A stretch of 64,000 nucleotides of DNA, taken from an uncultured Clostridium sp. GTDB lineage: Bacteria > Bacillota > Clostridia > TANB77 > CAG-508. Location of the stretch: contig CASVZF010000001.1 in NCBI GenBank assembly GCA_949467015.1, positions 820 through 64,819 on the forward strand, written 5' to 3'. The notes below the pieces were generated by a model. The model was not told the DNA's origin, made no database searches, and saw only the letters and a program-made list of their open reading frames with translations. Both the position numbers and the translations under genes were made by a program. This document shows, one piece after another, positions 20,898 through 32,734 of the stretch; position 1 is the first letter of the stretch; every line of letters starts with the position of its first letter.

Positions 20898-21803
20898 TTA
20901 AATAATTGCTTTTACAAAGTCTTCTGAATTAAATATTTCCATATCATCAATTTGCTCTCCTACTCCGATAAACTTTATAGGGATTTTATTTTCTTCTACA
21001 ATTCCTATTGCTACTCCACCTTTAGCTGTCCCATCCAATTTGGTAATAACTAAACCTGTTATATCTGCTTCTTCTTTAAATGCTTTTACTTGTGAGATAG
21101 CATTTTGACCGGTTGTTCCATCAATGACAAGCAAAACTTCTTTATCCGCTTCTTGCATTTCTTTATTAATTACTTTTTGTATTTTGTTTAACTCATCCAT
21201 CAAATACTTTTTATTATGCAATCTTCCTGCTGTATCTACAATTAAAACGTCCGCATTTTTTTCTCTTGTCATTCTAATCGCATCATATACTACAGATGCA
21301 GGATCCACTCCTTCTTCCCTTTTCACGATATCTGCCCCTGCTCGATTAGCCCAAATTTCTAATTGTTCTACTGCCGCTGCTCGAAAAGTATCTGCTGCTG
21401 CTACAACAACTTTTTTTCCATCCTTCGCTAAGCGATTTGCAATTTTCCCAATAGAGGTCGTTTTTCCTACTCCATTGACTCCTACTACTAAAATCACAGA
21501 AGGTTTTGTATTTAAGTGTAAACTTATATCGGTAATCTCTAATATTTCTTTCATTTCTTCTCTTAAAGCTTCTTTTACATCTTCTTCATCTTGTAACTTC
21601 TCTTTCTTTATTCTATTTCTTAAATTGTTTATTATTTTTACTGATGTATCCATTCCTATATCAGACATAATTAATATTTCTTCCAGTTCATCTAAAAAAT
21701 CTTCATCCACTTTTTTGAAACTTTTAAAAACGTTATTTATTTTTTCATCAAACGAACTTTTTGTTTTGTTCATTCCTTGTTTCAATTTATCAAAAAATCC
21801 CAT
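20898..21803 (-). CDS. ftsY: signal recognition particle receptor FtsY
   Basis: GVNGVGKTT, DTAGR and TKLDGT SRP-GTPase motifs; ATG 21803 with GGAG RBS. Confidence 0.9.
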   Translation of the reverse strand: MGFFDKLKQGMNKTKSSFDEKINNVFKSFKKVDEDFLDELEEILIMSDIGMDTSVKIINNLRNRIKKEKLQDEEDVKEALREEMKEILEITDISLHLNTKPSVILVVGVNGVGKTTSIGKIANRLAKDGKKVVVAAADTFRAAAVEQLEIWANRAGADIVKREEGVDPASVVYDAIRMTREKNADVLIVDTAGRLHNKKYLMDELNKIQKVINKEMQEADKEVLLVIDGTTGQNAISQVKAFKEEADITGLVITKLDGTAKGGVAIGIVEENKIPIKFIGVGEQIDDMEIFNSEDFVKAII

Positions 21804-22043
21804 GTTTTCTCCTTTCAACATCCTAATGAATATTTTTCATCTGCTAAGCTATGTTGTCTATAGCTAAGATTGTATTGTACTTTTTTAATTAACATATTAT
21901 ATTATAACAGATTTTCCTAATATTACAAGGTCCTAAGAGATTTTTTTGTAAGATTAGAATCCATTCTAATCTTACAAAAAAACTCACCCATTCACCGTAA
22001 TATGGTGTATGAGTGAGTTTTTTATTTCGACAATGGCTCATTT

Positions 22044-22129
22044 TGGTGGGCAGGGAAGGATTCGAACCTTCGTACTCAAATGAGAACAGATTTACAGTCT
22101 GCCGCCTTTAGCCACTCGGCCACCTACCC
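22044..22129 (-). tRNA. tRNA-Tyr (anticodon GTA), class II variable arm, encoded CCA
   Basis: Sense GGGTAGGTGGCCGAGTGG...GACTGTAAATC...GGTTCGAATCC...CCTGCCCACCA. Confidence 0.9.
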
Positions 22130-22145
22130 AAATATAAAATTTAAA

Positions 22146-22222
22146 TGGTGCTCCCTCAAGGATTCGAACCTTGGACCCACCGGTTATGAGCCGGTTGCTC
22201 TGACCAACTGAGCTAAGGGAGC
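22146..22222 (-). tRNA. tRNA-Met-type (anticodon CAT; elongator Met or Ile2 not resolved), encoded CCA
   Basis: Sense GCTCCCTTAGCTCAGTTGGTCAGAGCAACCGGCTCATAACCGGTGGGTCCAAGGTTCGAATCCTTGAGGGAGCACCA; normal 7-nt anticodon loop. Confidence 0.85.
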
Positions 22223-22251
22223 ATGTGCTCTTTATGTTTAGCACAAGTAAA

Positions 22252-22280
22252 AGTATAACTTATTTTTTTTTAATTGTCAA
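22252..22280 (-). promoter_or_regulatory. sigma-A-type promoter for the tRNA-Met/tRNA-Tyr pair
   Basis: Sense TTGACA (22280-22275), 17-nt spacer, TATACT (22257-22252). Confidence 0.6.
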
Positions 22281-22343
22281 TACATTTTTTCATTTTTTTA
22301 GGCTTGATTAAATAAAAAAGATAAAATTATACATTTCCCTTTT

Positions 22344-23213
22344 TTAAATTTTAATTTCTTTATAAGTAGTGACCATTTTTGCTCCTTGTTTTATCAATTC
22401 ATTCGTTCCCACTGAATTGATAGAATTAATATTACCAGGTACAACATATACATCTCTTCCTTGTTCTAAAGCAAAATCAACTGTTATCAAAGTACCACTT
22501 TTTTCTTTTGCTTCAATTACGATAACTCCCTTACTCATTCCACTAATTATTCTATTTCGTGCAGGGAAATTCATTTTTTCCGCTTTTATTCCTGGAGGAT
22601 ATTCAGAAATAATGGCTCCTCTATTTTCTAATATTTTCTTAAATAAATACTTATTCTCTGCTGGATACACAGTATCTAATCCATTTCCGACAACGGCAAT
22701 TGTTCTTCCACATGTGGATAACACCCCAATATGTGCATAACTATCCACTCCTTTTGCTAATCCACTAATAATATTGATATTTTGATTTGCTAAATTATAA
22801 GCAAAATATTTAGCTACTTTTTTGCCATAATCAGAAGCCTCTCTACATCCTACTATTGCTATAGAAGAATCATTTAGAATATCTTTATTTCCTTTTATAT
22901 AGAGGCTAATTGGTGGATCATATATTTGTTTTAAAAGATTGGGATATTCTTCATCTTCTATTGAAATAATATCTATATTATTTCTTTTCATATATATAAC
23001 ATAATTTTCTAAGTTCTTTCTTATGTTTTTATCTAATATAGAATTAACTAAACTTTCTCCTATTCCCTTGATTCTTAATAGCTCTTTCTTTTCTAATTTA
23101 TAGATTTTATCTGGTGTTTTATATATTTCCAATAATTTTTGTTTTCTTCTACTTCCTAAATTTTTGATTAATGATAACCATATCCAATATTTTTTATTTT
23201 CTAGTTTCTCCAA
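22344..23213 (-). CDS. dprA: DNA processing protein DprA/Smf
   Basis: 289 aa; IVGCR...SGLAKGVD...VVGNGLD...PAEN Rossmann-like DprA motifs. Confidence 0.85.
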   Translation of the reverse strand: MEKLENKKYWIWLSLIKNLGSRRKQKLLEIYKTPDKIYKLEKKELLRIKGIGESLVNSILDKNIRKNLENYVIYMKRNNIDIISIEDEEYPNLLKQIYDPPISLYIKGNKDILNDSSIAIVGCREASDYGKKVAKYFAYNLANQNINIISGLAKGVDSYAHIGVLSTCGRTIAVVGNGLDTVYPAENKYLFKKILENRGAIISEYPPGIKAEKMNFPARNRIISGMSKGVIVIEAKEKSGTLITVDFALEQGRDVYVVPGNINSINSVGTNELIKQGAKMVTTYKEIKI

Positions 23214-23472
23214 TCTATCCTCCTCTATCTCTTTACTAGCATACTGTTTTTTAATTTGTAAAATAAAGAAATTCTTGATTTTCCTAAAATCATACTTCCA
23301 GTTACCTATTTTATTGAATTTGTTTGAAATTTATAGACAGAAATGTCTAAAGATAAAATTTAATTGATTAAAATCATTATTATCCTATCATTTTAAATTA
23401 CTTTTGTAAATAATTTCCATTAAATTTGTTAAAAAATCCACTACACTAAACTTAAAGTGTAATGGCATTCAT

Positions 23473-24321
23473 CTATTTATGTTGTTCCTTTGTTGCTTTT
23501 ATAACATTGTTCATAAGCATTGCTATTGTCATTGGGCCAACTCCGCCTGGTACTGGCGTTATATAACTTGCTTTTTTCTTTACATTTTCAAAATCGACAT
23601 CTCCATTTAGCTTTCCATCTTCTCCTCGATTAATTCCAACATCTATGATAACTACGCCCTCTTTTACCATATCTGCTGTTACAAATTTAGATTGCCCAAT
23701 AGCTGCAATAATAATATCTGCTCTTTTGGTATATTCTTTTAAATCTTTTGTTTTCGAATGACATACTGTAACTGTCGCATTTTTTTGTAAACAACATTGT
23801 ATTAAAGGTTTCCCTACAATATTGCTTCTTCCTAGTATTACTACATCTTTACCAGTTAAATTGATTTTATATTCTTCAAACATTTTCATAACTCCATATG
23901 GGGTACAGGATATAAATGTATCTTCTCCTATACAAAGTTTTCCCACACTAGATGGAGTAAATCCATCTACGTCTTTTAAATATGCTATTGCTTGAAAGGC
24001 TTCGTTAATATTTAAATGTGATGGTACAGGGCTCTGTAACAAAATTCCATTAACTTCTTTGTTATGATTTAGATTTTCTATCAAACTTAACAATTCTTCT
24101 TGTGTTGTATTTTCTCCTAAAAGATATTCTTTATATTCAATTCCAACTTCATCACATGCTTTACTTTTATTTCTTACATAAACTTTTGAAGCAGGATTAT
24201 TTCCAACCATAATAACTGCTAGCGTTGGTATAATTCCTTTTTTCTTTAATTCATCACACTCTATTTTTAAATTTTCTCTTATTTTCTTCGCCAGAGTTTT
24301 TCCATCAATAATTGTTGCCAT
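23473..24321 (-). CDS. folD: bifunctional methylenetetrahydrofolate dehydrogenase/cyclohydrolase
   Basis: 282 aa; LAVIMVGNNPAS.VYV, GRSNIVGKP, PVPGGVGPMT. Confidence 0.9.
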   Translation of the reverse strand: MATIIDGKTLAKKIRENLKIECDELKKKGIIPTLAVIMVGNNPASKVYVRNKSKACDEVGIEYKEYLLGENTTQEELLSLIENLNHNKEVNGILLQSPVPSHLNINEAFQAIAYLKDVDGFTPSSVGKLCIGEDTFISCTPYGVMKMFEEYKINLTGKDVVILGRSNIVGKPLIQCCLQKNATVTVCHSKTKDLKEYTKRADIIIAAIGQSKFVTADMVKEGVVIIDVGINRGEDGKLNGDVDFENVKKKASYITPVPGGVGPMTIAMLMNNVIKATKEQHK

Positions 24322-24397
24322 TTTATTCTCCTTTATAATAATCTATAACTTTTTATATTTTATATGATTGATTATTTTCTCCTATCCAATATAACTT

Positions 24398-24643
24398 TTA
24401 TTCATTCGTCCCGTCAATTTTATATTCAATATCTTCCATATGCGGAAACATCTCTCGTACTCGTTTCAATGTTAACATTAGCATTTTAGGTTGCGGATTT
24501 CTTTTATTGTCTGATAATAACTTTTGAGTATAACAATTCTCTGCAGTTTTAAATAACATATATCGATTTCCTACATAAGTATAATAAATTTGATAGCCAT
24601 TTTTCAAATCAACCCACATCTTTTCAAACGTATAATCTTCCAT
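24398..24643 (-). CDS. hypothetical small protein
   Basis: 81-aa ORF with GGAGG RBS; no recognised domain. Confidence 0.4.
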   Translation of the reverse strand: MEDYTFEKMWVDLKNGYQIYYTYVGNRYMLFKTAENCYTQKLLSDNKRNPQPKMLMLTLKRVREMFPHMEDIEYKIDGTNE

Positions 24644-24660
24644 AATTCCTCCTATATCAG

Positions 24661-24775
24661 TGAGACATTAGGGGACAGTGCTTAAATGTCTCATATATTT
24701 TGTCTTTTTTTGTCGAAAACGACTTTTTTCTACATTTAAATGAGACATTTAAGCACTGTCCCCTAATGTCTCACT
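24661..24775. repeat. REP-like doublet: perfect 35-bp inverted repeat with a 45-bp spacer
   Basis: 24661-24695 GTGAGACATTAGGGGACAGTGCTTAAATGTCTCAT is the exact reverse complement of 24741-24775; the right arm abuts the ligA stop codon. Confidence 0.9.
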
Positions 24776-26797
<2,022 letters not shown>

Positions 26798-26837
26798 TTA
26801 TCTATACTTTAGACATTATATACAATTTCATAAAAAA

Positions 26838-26875
26838 AATAAAGGAATTTTGTTAAATTCCTTTATTTTATATGA
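26838..26875 (-). terminator. hairpin terminator downstream of the sortase gene
   Basis: AATAAAGGAATTT/AAATTCCTTTATT stem with flanking T/A runs. Confidence 0.7.
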
Positions 26876-26879
26876 TATC

Positions 26880-27536
26880 TTATTCTGCTTTTGCACATAT
26901 GATTAATCTAGCACTACTATCATCTGTACAGGTTGATAACGTTACTTCTGCTTTTCCTCCTGTATCTCTTTGATAAAAAGATGTATCTTCTGGAGTTGTC
27001 TCAAATTTATTATAAATCGTATAAGTCAATTTTTTCCCATCGTTATCTGTTATATATATTTTATCTCCAATATTTAATTTTTTATTATTAGAGAAGAATA
27101 ATCCATTTCTATAATTATGTCCTATAATTACACTATTTCCAGGTTGATTGATTCCTGAGCCATATAGAAAGGCAACCGCTGTTTCAATTGATTTTTTAGT
27201 TACTTTTTCAAGTATTGGATATTTAAAATTCGTTGCTGGAATTTCCATTGTTCCTACTACTCCAAAACCCTTATATGTTCTTTTCGTACTTGATGAACTT
27301 GTATTACTATCCTCCATATCATCTAATGGATTTCCATCAGCATCTGCTACCCAATTGTCATTCGCTTCCCCATCTTCCACATCGCCTTGAAAATTATCTA
27401 CATATTCTGATGTATCTTTTGTAATCATATAATTTTGGTAATAATCATAAGCTAAAAATCCTAATAAGCCAACAATTGCTATAATTACTATAACTAATAT
27501 TACTGTTAGTACTTTACTATATTTACTCTCAAACAT
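26880..27536 (-). CDS. sortase family transpeptidase
   Basis: N-terminal TM anchor, IIGHN and TLSTC catalytic motifs. Confidence 0.8.
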   Translation of the reverse strand: MFESKYSKVLTVILVIVIIAIVGLLGFLAYDYYQNYMITKDTSEYVDNFQGDVEDGEANDNWVADADGNPLDDMEDSNTSSSSTKRTYKGFGVVGTMEIPATNFKYPILEKVTKKSIETAVAFLYGSGINQPGNSVIIGHNYRNGLFFSNNKKLNIGDKIYITDNDGKKLTYTIYNKFETTPEDTSFYQRDTGGKAEVTLSTCTDDSSARLIICAKAE

Positions 27537-27653
27537 ACTTTTTACCTCCGTACACTTTTCTACTTCTTATATTATATCACATATTAACTGAAAATGGAAT
27601 AGCAAAAAATAGTTTTATCAATTTGTTTGATAAAACTATTTTTTTATAATTTA

Positions 27654-27998
27654 CTAAACTATTTTTTCTCCTAACTGCCTTCCTGCAAGTAGATGAAAAT
27701 GTAAATGCATAACCTCTTGTCCGCCATCTTTCCCACAATTCACAATAACTCGATATCCCTTTTCTTTCACACCTTGCTCCTCTGCAATTTTATTAATTGC
27801 TCCATATATTTTTCCAACTAAAACCTCATCTTCTTTTTCCATATGTACCAAAGAAGTAATATGCTTTTTTGGTATAACTAAAATATGAATCGGAGCTGCT
27901 GGATTAATATCTTTAAAAGCATATATTTCATCATCCTCATATACTTTAGTTGATGGCACTTCGCCTTTTACTATTTTACAAAATAAACAATCTTCCAT
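27654..27998 (-). CDS. HIT family (histidine triad) protein
   Basis: CLFCKI...HLHFHLL histidine triad. Confidence 0.85.
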   Translation of the reverse strand: MEDCLFCKIVKGEVPSTKVYEDDEIYAFKDINPAAPIHILVIPKKHITSLVHMEKEDEVLVGKIYGAINKIAEEQGVKEKGYRVIVNCGKDGGQEVMHLHFHLLAGRQLGEKIV

Positions 27999-28023
27999 TT
28001 TTATCTCCTCCTTTTAGATTTTG

Positions 28024-28120
28024 GAAATTTTGGGGACGGAGCAAAAGTTTCATTTTACTTATTTATATGTTCTTGTTAATTTTAAAATAAGTGAAACTTT
28101 TGCTCCGTCCCCAAAATTTC
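28024..28120. repeat. REP-like doublet variant: 29-bp perfect inverted repeat
   Basis: 28024-28052 GAAATTTTGGGGACGGAGCAAAAGTTTCA is the reverse complement of 28092-28120; the right arm overlaps the alaS stop codon. Confidence 0.85.
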
Positions 28121-29870
28121 ATTCTTTCACTAAAACTGCTTTAATTCTTCTTACTCCAGATGAACTTGATTCTTCCTTTTTAATTTTGAATCTTCCTAGT
28201 TCTTTTGTATTACTTACATGAGGTCCTCCGCATAATTCTTTTGATATATCTCCAATAGAATATACCGTTACAATATCTGGATATTTTTCAATAAACATAC
28301 ATTCCGCGCCTGATTTTATAGCATCTTCTTTTTTCATTTCTTCCTTCGTCACTGGCAATCCTGCTTCTATCCATTGATTTACTAAATCTTCTATTTTCTT
28401 CTTTTCTTCGTCCGTTAACTTATGGTCGCAATTAAAGTCAAATCTCATTCGGTCTACCGTAATATTAGAACCCCTTTGATGAGCATCTTTTCCTATTACT
28501 TGCTTTAAGGCTGCATTTAATAAATGAGTTGCTGTATGATAGCTAATAGTTTCTTCTGTTTGTTCTGCAAGACCTCCTTTAAATTTTGCTTCTGAACCTG
28601 CTCTTGATTTTTCTTGATGTCTTTTAAATAATTCCTCAAATTCTTTTTGATTGATTTCATATCCATTTTCTTTTGCTAATTCTTTTGTCACCTCTGGAGG
28701 AAATCCATAAGTATCATATAATCTAAAAACCACTTCTCCTGGAATCACTTTTGTATTTGTTAACTTTCCAATTGCTTTTTGAAATTCTCTTTCTCCATTG
28801 TTAAGTGTTTTTACGAATTTATCTTTTTCTTCTAAAATGACTGATTTAATTTGCTCTTTGTTCTTTTCTAATTCTGGATACATTTCTTTTAAAGTTTCCA
28901 CATTTAGCTCTATTAACATAGATAATTCTTCTAGATTGATTTGTAATTTATTCATATGCCTTATCATTCTTCTGATTAATCTTCTTAAAACATATCCTCT
29001 ATCTAGATTACTTGGTTTTCCACCATCTGAAATAATCATCATACTAGAACGTAAATGCTCTGCTACGATTCTTCTACTTTCTATATAATCTTGATGTTGA
29101 AGCTCTTCTAATTTTTTCATAACTGGTGCAAATAGTTCCGTATCAAAAGGTGTTTCTTTTCCTTGTAATAGCATTACCATTCTTTCTAATCCTAATCCAG
29201 TATCTACATTTTTTTGTTTTAATTTTGCATAGCCATTTTTATCTTTAAAGTATTCCATAAATACGTTATTCCAGATCTCAACATATTTACCGCAATCACA
29301 AGATGGCTGGCAATCTAATCCGCATGCTGGTTTTCCTGTATCATAAAACATTTCTGTATCTGGTCCACATGGTCCTTCTTCTCCTGCTATCCACCAATTA
29401 TCATCTTTTCCATAATAATAAATATGGTCCTCTAGAATTCCTGCTTTTTTCCAAGCATTTGCCGCTACTTCGTCTCTTGGGCAATCTTCGTCTCCTGCAA
29501 AACAGGTTACCGATAACTTTTCTACTGGAATTCCTAATTCTTTTGTTAAGAATTCAAAACTCATAGCGATAGATTCTTCTTTAAAGTAATCTCCTAAAGA
29601 CCAATTTCCAAGCATCTCAAAATAAGTTAAATGACGATTGTCTCCTACTTCATCAATATCATTGGTTCTAACACATTTTTGATAATCGGTAAGTCTGGTT
29701 CCTTCAGGATGCTTTTCCCCTAATAGATAAGGTACTAGAGGTTGCATTCCAGCTGTTGTAAATAATACGGATGGATCATTTTCTGGTATTAATGGTGCAG
29801 ATGGGATTACTGCATGTCCATGTTTTTTAAAGAATTCTAAATATTTATTTCTGATTTCAATTGCTTTCAT
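28119..29870 (-). CDS. alaS: alanine--tRNA ligase, short form (583 aa, no C-Ala domain)
   Basis: FTTAGMQ, WNNVFMEY and DTGLGLER class II AlaRS core; HTATHLL editing-domain motif; ends after CGGPHV...RRI. Confidence 0.75.
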   Translation of the reverse strand: MKAIEIRNKYLEFFKKHGHAVIPSAPLIPENDPSVLFTTAGMQPLVPYLLGEKHPEGTRLTDYQKCVRTNDIDEVGDNRHLTYFEMLGNWSLGDYFKEESIAMSFEFLTKELGIPVEKLSVTCFAGDEDCPRDEVAANAWKKAGILEDHIYYYGKDDNWWIAGEEGPCGPDTEMFYDTGKPACGLDCQPSCDCGKYVEIWNNVFMEYFKDKNGYAKLKQKNVDTGLGLERMVMLLQGKETPFDTELFAPVMKKLEELQHQDYIESRRIVAEHLRSSMMIISDGGKPSNLDRGYVLRRLIRRMIRHMNKLQINLEELSMLIELNVETLKEMYPELEKNKEQIKSVILEEKDKFVKTLNNGEREFQKAIGKLTNTKVIPGEVVFRLYDTYGFPPEVTKELAKENGYEINQKEFEELFKRHQEKSRAGSEAKFKGGLAEQTEETISYHTATHLLNAALKQVIGKDAHQRGSNITVDRMRFDFNCDHKLTDEEKKKIEDLVNQWIEAGLPVTKEEMKKEDAIKSGAECMFIEKYPDIVTVYSIGDISKELCGGPHVSNTKELGRFKIKKEESSSSGVRRIKAVLVKE

Positions 29871-30030
29871 AAAAATCTCCTTAACTTAATAATTTCACTT
29901 ACAAGATTATACTTCAAAATAGCGGAAAAATCAAGTGAATTTTAGTGTTTTATATTGAGCTTTACCTCAAAAAAGCATAAAAGAAGAATGAAACTTTTTT
30001 GCTTCATTCTTCCTTCATTTATTAATAAAT

Positions 30031-32202
30031 TTAATTTCCTGTATATCCCCAAACTACATTAGCTTTTGTCTTTGTTGTCCATCCATAATAGCTCCATGTA
30101 TTACTCCATCCAGACAATTTTTCACTTGTTCTACAATAGATAGTTTGTTCAGCTGTCCAACTAGCAAAAGCTATACTTCCTATATTTGTTACACTAGTTG
30201 GTATTATTATACTACTTAAACTTGTACACCTAGAAAAAGCTTCACTTTCTATAGTTATTACACTGTCTGGTATTATTATACTACTTAAACTTGTACACCC
30301 AGAAAAGCACGCACTTCCTATACTTGTTACACTATTTGGTATCGTTACACTATTTAAATTAGTACAGTATGCAAACGCTCTTTCTTGTATCGTTTTTACG
30401 CTGTTTGGTATAATAATTTCATTTATTCCATTACTACAAAAAATCAAAGTTGTCTTATCTTTGTTATATAAGACTCCATTTTCACTAGTATAGTTTGGAT
30501 TATTAGCATCTACTTCAATATTTCTTAAATTCGTACATTCTATAAATGCTATTCTTCCAATACTTATTACACTTTTTGGTATAATAATACTTTCTAAGCT
30601 AACGCATTCATCAAACGCATTATCACCTATATCTGTTACATTATCAGGAATATTGATATTTTTTAAACTTCTACAACTCCAAAACGCACTCTCTCCAATA
30701 CTTGTTATACTATCTGGCAATATTATGCTAACTAGTTTACTACATCCCCAAAACACACGAGATTCTATAGTTTTCAAATTATTTGATATTGTTATATTTT
30801 CTAAACTTGTACATCCATTAAATGCATAACTTCCTATATTTGTTACACTATCTGGTATTTTTATATCACTTAAGCTTTTACAATATTGAAATGCATTACT
30901 TTCCACATTAGTTATACTATTAGGTAATATTATATTATTTAAATTCGTACAATAATAAAAAGCATATTCTCCTACAGTTGTTACAGTATTTGGGATTATT
31001 ATCGTATCTAAATTTGTACAGTTTTTAAATGCACCTTCTGCTATTATTTTAGTTCCTTCTATTATTTCTATATTTGTATTACTTGGCATCGTTCCTTTAT
31101 ATTTATAAGCTATTTTTCCTATATAAACTACCCCTTCTGGCTGATTGTTATACCATGTTGTATTATCAAAAGATTCTGCACCTACACTTCTTACGCTATC
31201 TGGTATTTCTATATCTTCTAAACTTGAGCATCCATAAAAAGCTCTACTTTCTATATTGGTTACTCCGTCTGATATTGTTATATTGTTTAAACTCGTACAC
31301 CATGAAAAAGCTCCACTTCCTATAGCTGTTACCCCATTTGGAATTGTTATACTACTTAAACTTGTACATCCAGAAAAAGCACTACTTCCTATATTTGTTA
31401 CTCTACTAGATAATGTTATGTTGCTTAAATTTTTACAACCATAAAAAGCTCCACTTCCTATGTTCATCACACTGTTAGGTATATTAATTTTTTCTAACGC
31501 TTGAAAAGAATGCCAAGAATCTCCTGAAAATGCATAGTCACCTATATTTACTATCGTTCCTGGTAATTCTACTTCTTTTATATTTCTTACAAAGGCTCTC
31601 GCACTATCATAGCCTACCCCATTGTATCTTTCTTCATTATATGTGAATTCTACTTTGGTACATCTACTAGGATATCTCAGTGTCGTATTATTTGTTGCAT
31701 TTGATGTATATCCTATTATAGTTCCATAATCTTCACTCATTTTGTCATCACTTAACCATATAAAACAATTTTCTGATGCTGCATGTGCATCCCACTCTTC
31801 TGCATCAAAAGGCTCTTTATAAAACACATTATAATCCTTATCGATCTCAAATTCACACCCTCTATGATTTATCAAAAAACCTGTTCCTATTATACTGACT
31901 GTTGATTCTGTTTTTTGTTCTGGGTATAAACCTTGTAATTCTTTTTTTAGTACATTTGCTTTTTCTTCTTGATTCATATCTTTTTGACTTTCTTCGATTT
32001 TTAAATTTGCTATTGCTAATTTCACTTCTTCCTCTGACTGCGTTCTATTGTTTTGCTCTTTTGCATTATTTGCTTGAGTTAGAATTCCATTTTCTCCAGT
32101 TAATGCTAAAATTGTCACTCCTGTAAGAATTAGCAATACAATTATAGTTATGACTAAAGCAATTAATGTAATACCTTTTCCTTCTCTTTCTCTAAATTTC
32201 AT
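30031..32202 (-). CDS. surface protein: prepilin-type N-terminal signal plus BspA-type leucine-rich repeats
   Basis: N-terminus GKGITLIALVITIIVLLIL (pilin-like cleavage/methylation-type segment); about 20 repeats of a 23-aa I.IP.SVT.IG..AF..C.SL module. Confidence 0.75.
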   Translation of the reverse strand: MKFREREGKGITLIALVITIIVLLILTGVTILALTGENGILTQANNAKEQNNRTQSEEEVKLAIANLKIEESQKDMNQEEKANVLKKELQGLYPEQKTESTVSIIGTGFLINHRGCEFEIDKDYNVFYKEPFDAEEWDAHAASENCFIWLSDDKMSEDYGTIIGYTSNATNNTTLRYPSRCTKVEFTYNEERYNGVGYDSARAFVRNIKEVELPGTIVNIGDYAFSGDSWHSFQALEKINIPNSVMNIGSGAFYGCKNLSNITLSSRVTNIGSSAFSGCTSLSSITIPNGVTAIGSGAFSWCTSLNNITISDGVTNIESRAFYGCSSLEDIEIPDSVRSVGAESFDNTTWYNNQPEGVVYIGKIAYKYKGTMPSNTNIEIIEGTKIIAEGAFKNCTNLDTIIIPNTVTTVGEYAFYYCTNLNNIILPNSITNVESNAFQYCKSLSDIKIPDSVTNIGSYAFNGCTSLENITISNNLKTIESRVFWGCSKLVSIILPDSITSIGESAFWSCRSLKNINIPDNVTDIGDNAFDECVSLESIIIPKSVISIGRIAFIECTNLRNIEVDANNPNYTSENGVLYNKDKTTLIFCSNGINEIIIPNSVKTIQERAFAYCTNLNSVTIPNSVTSIGSACFSGCTSLSSIIIPDSVITIESEAFSRCTSLSSIIIPTSVTNIGSIAFASWTAEQTIYCRTSEKLSGWSNTWSYYGWTTKTKANVVWGYTGN
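30135..31560 (-). repeat. tandem 69-bp coding repeats (LRR modules) inside the surface protein gene
   Basis: Recurring TACTACTTAAACTTGTACA(C/T)CC(A/T)GAAAA-type segments at about 30211, 30281 and 31351. Confidence 0.7.
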
Positions 32203-32467
32203 TTTAAAAAACTTCCCCTTTCATTTGTATGTCTTTTGCACATAATTTATTATGTATGTAATATTATTATAACTTATCGCATTTCTCCTTTCAATCATTT
32301 TAATTTTTTTAATATAATTGTTATGCTTTCGTAATATTTTTGTAACACAAAATATTACATAGATTCATTGTTTTATGCAAACACAATATTTTATGTAGTT
32401 CAAATAATCTTTCTCTTTTTTTGTTACAATTATAATAAATTTAATAATATTAATTTGGAGGTTAATA

Positions 32468-32695
32468 GTGAAGTTTAAAAGAATCAAAGATTTAAGAGAA
32501 GATCATGATTTATTGCAAAAAGATGTTGCTAAATTGTTAGGTATTTCTCAACAATATTATTCCGAATATGAAAAAGGAAATCGAACTATTCCGATTCAAC
32601 ATTTAATTACTTTATCTAAATTTTATGGAACCTCTATCGATTATATTGTTGGTTTATCTGAAGTAAGTGATAAATTAAACAAAAAAACAAGTTAA
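32468..32695 (+). CDS. XRE family helix-turn-helix regulator
   Basis: 75 aa; LREDHDLLQKDVAKLLGISQQYYSEYEKG HTH_3 pattern; GTG start with GGAGG RBS. Confidence 0.75.
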   Translation: MKFKRIKDLREDHDLLQKDVAKLLGISQQYYSEYEKGNRTIPIQHLITLSKFYGTSIDYIVGLSEVSDKLNKKTS

Positions 32696-32734
32696 CACTA
32701 TTTTTATTTTAATAGTAATTAACTTGTTTTTCTG

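Noticed and set aside
21124-21867. Long antisense ORFs, such as the 247-aa ORF opposite ftsY, 41795-42286 opposite rplQ, 6922-7275 and 7996-8397 opposite mgtA, and 57073-57438 opposite rplD
   Set aside because: They lie entirely opposite well-supported conserved genes. They have low-complexity Ser/Phe/Leu-rich composition typical of the antisense frame in AT-rich DNA, and no RBS or recognisable motifs.
1876-22222. Whether any of the three tRNAs in the window could be the CGG or quadruplet decoder
   Set aside because: tRNA-Leu(TAA), tRNA-Tyr(GTA) and the CAT-anticodon tRNA all have standard 7-nt anticodon loops and unrelated anticodons. Any special decoder must be elsewhere in the genome.
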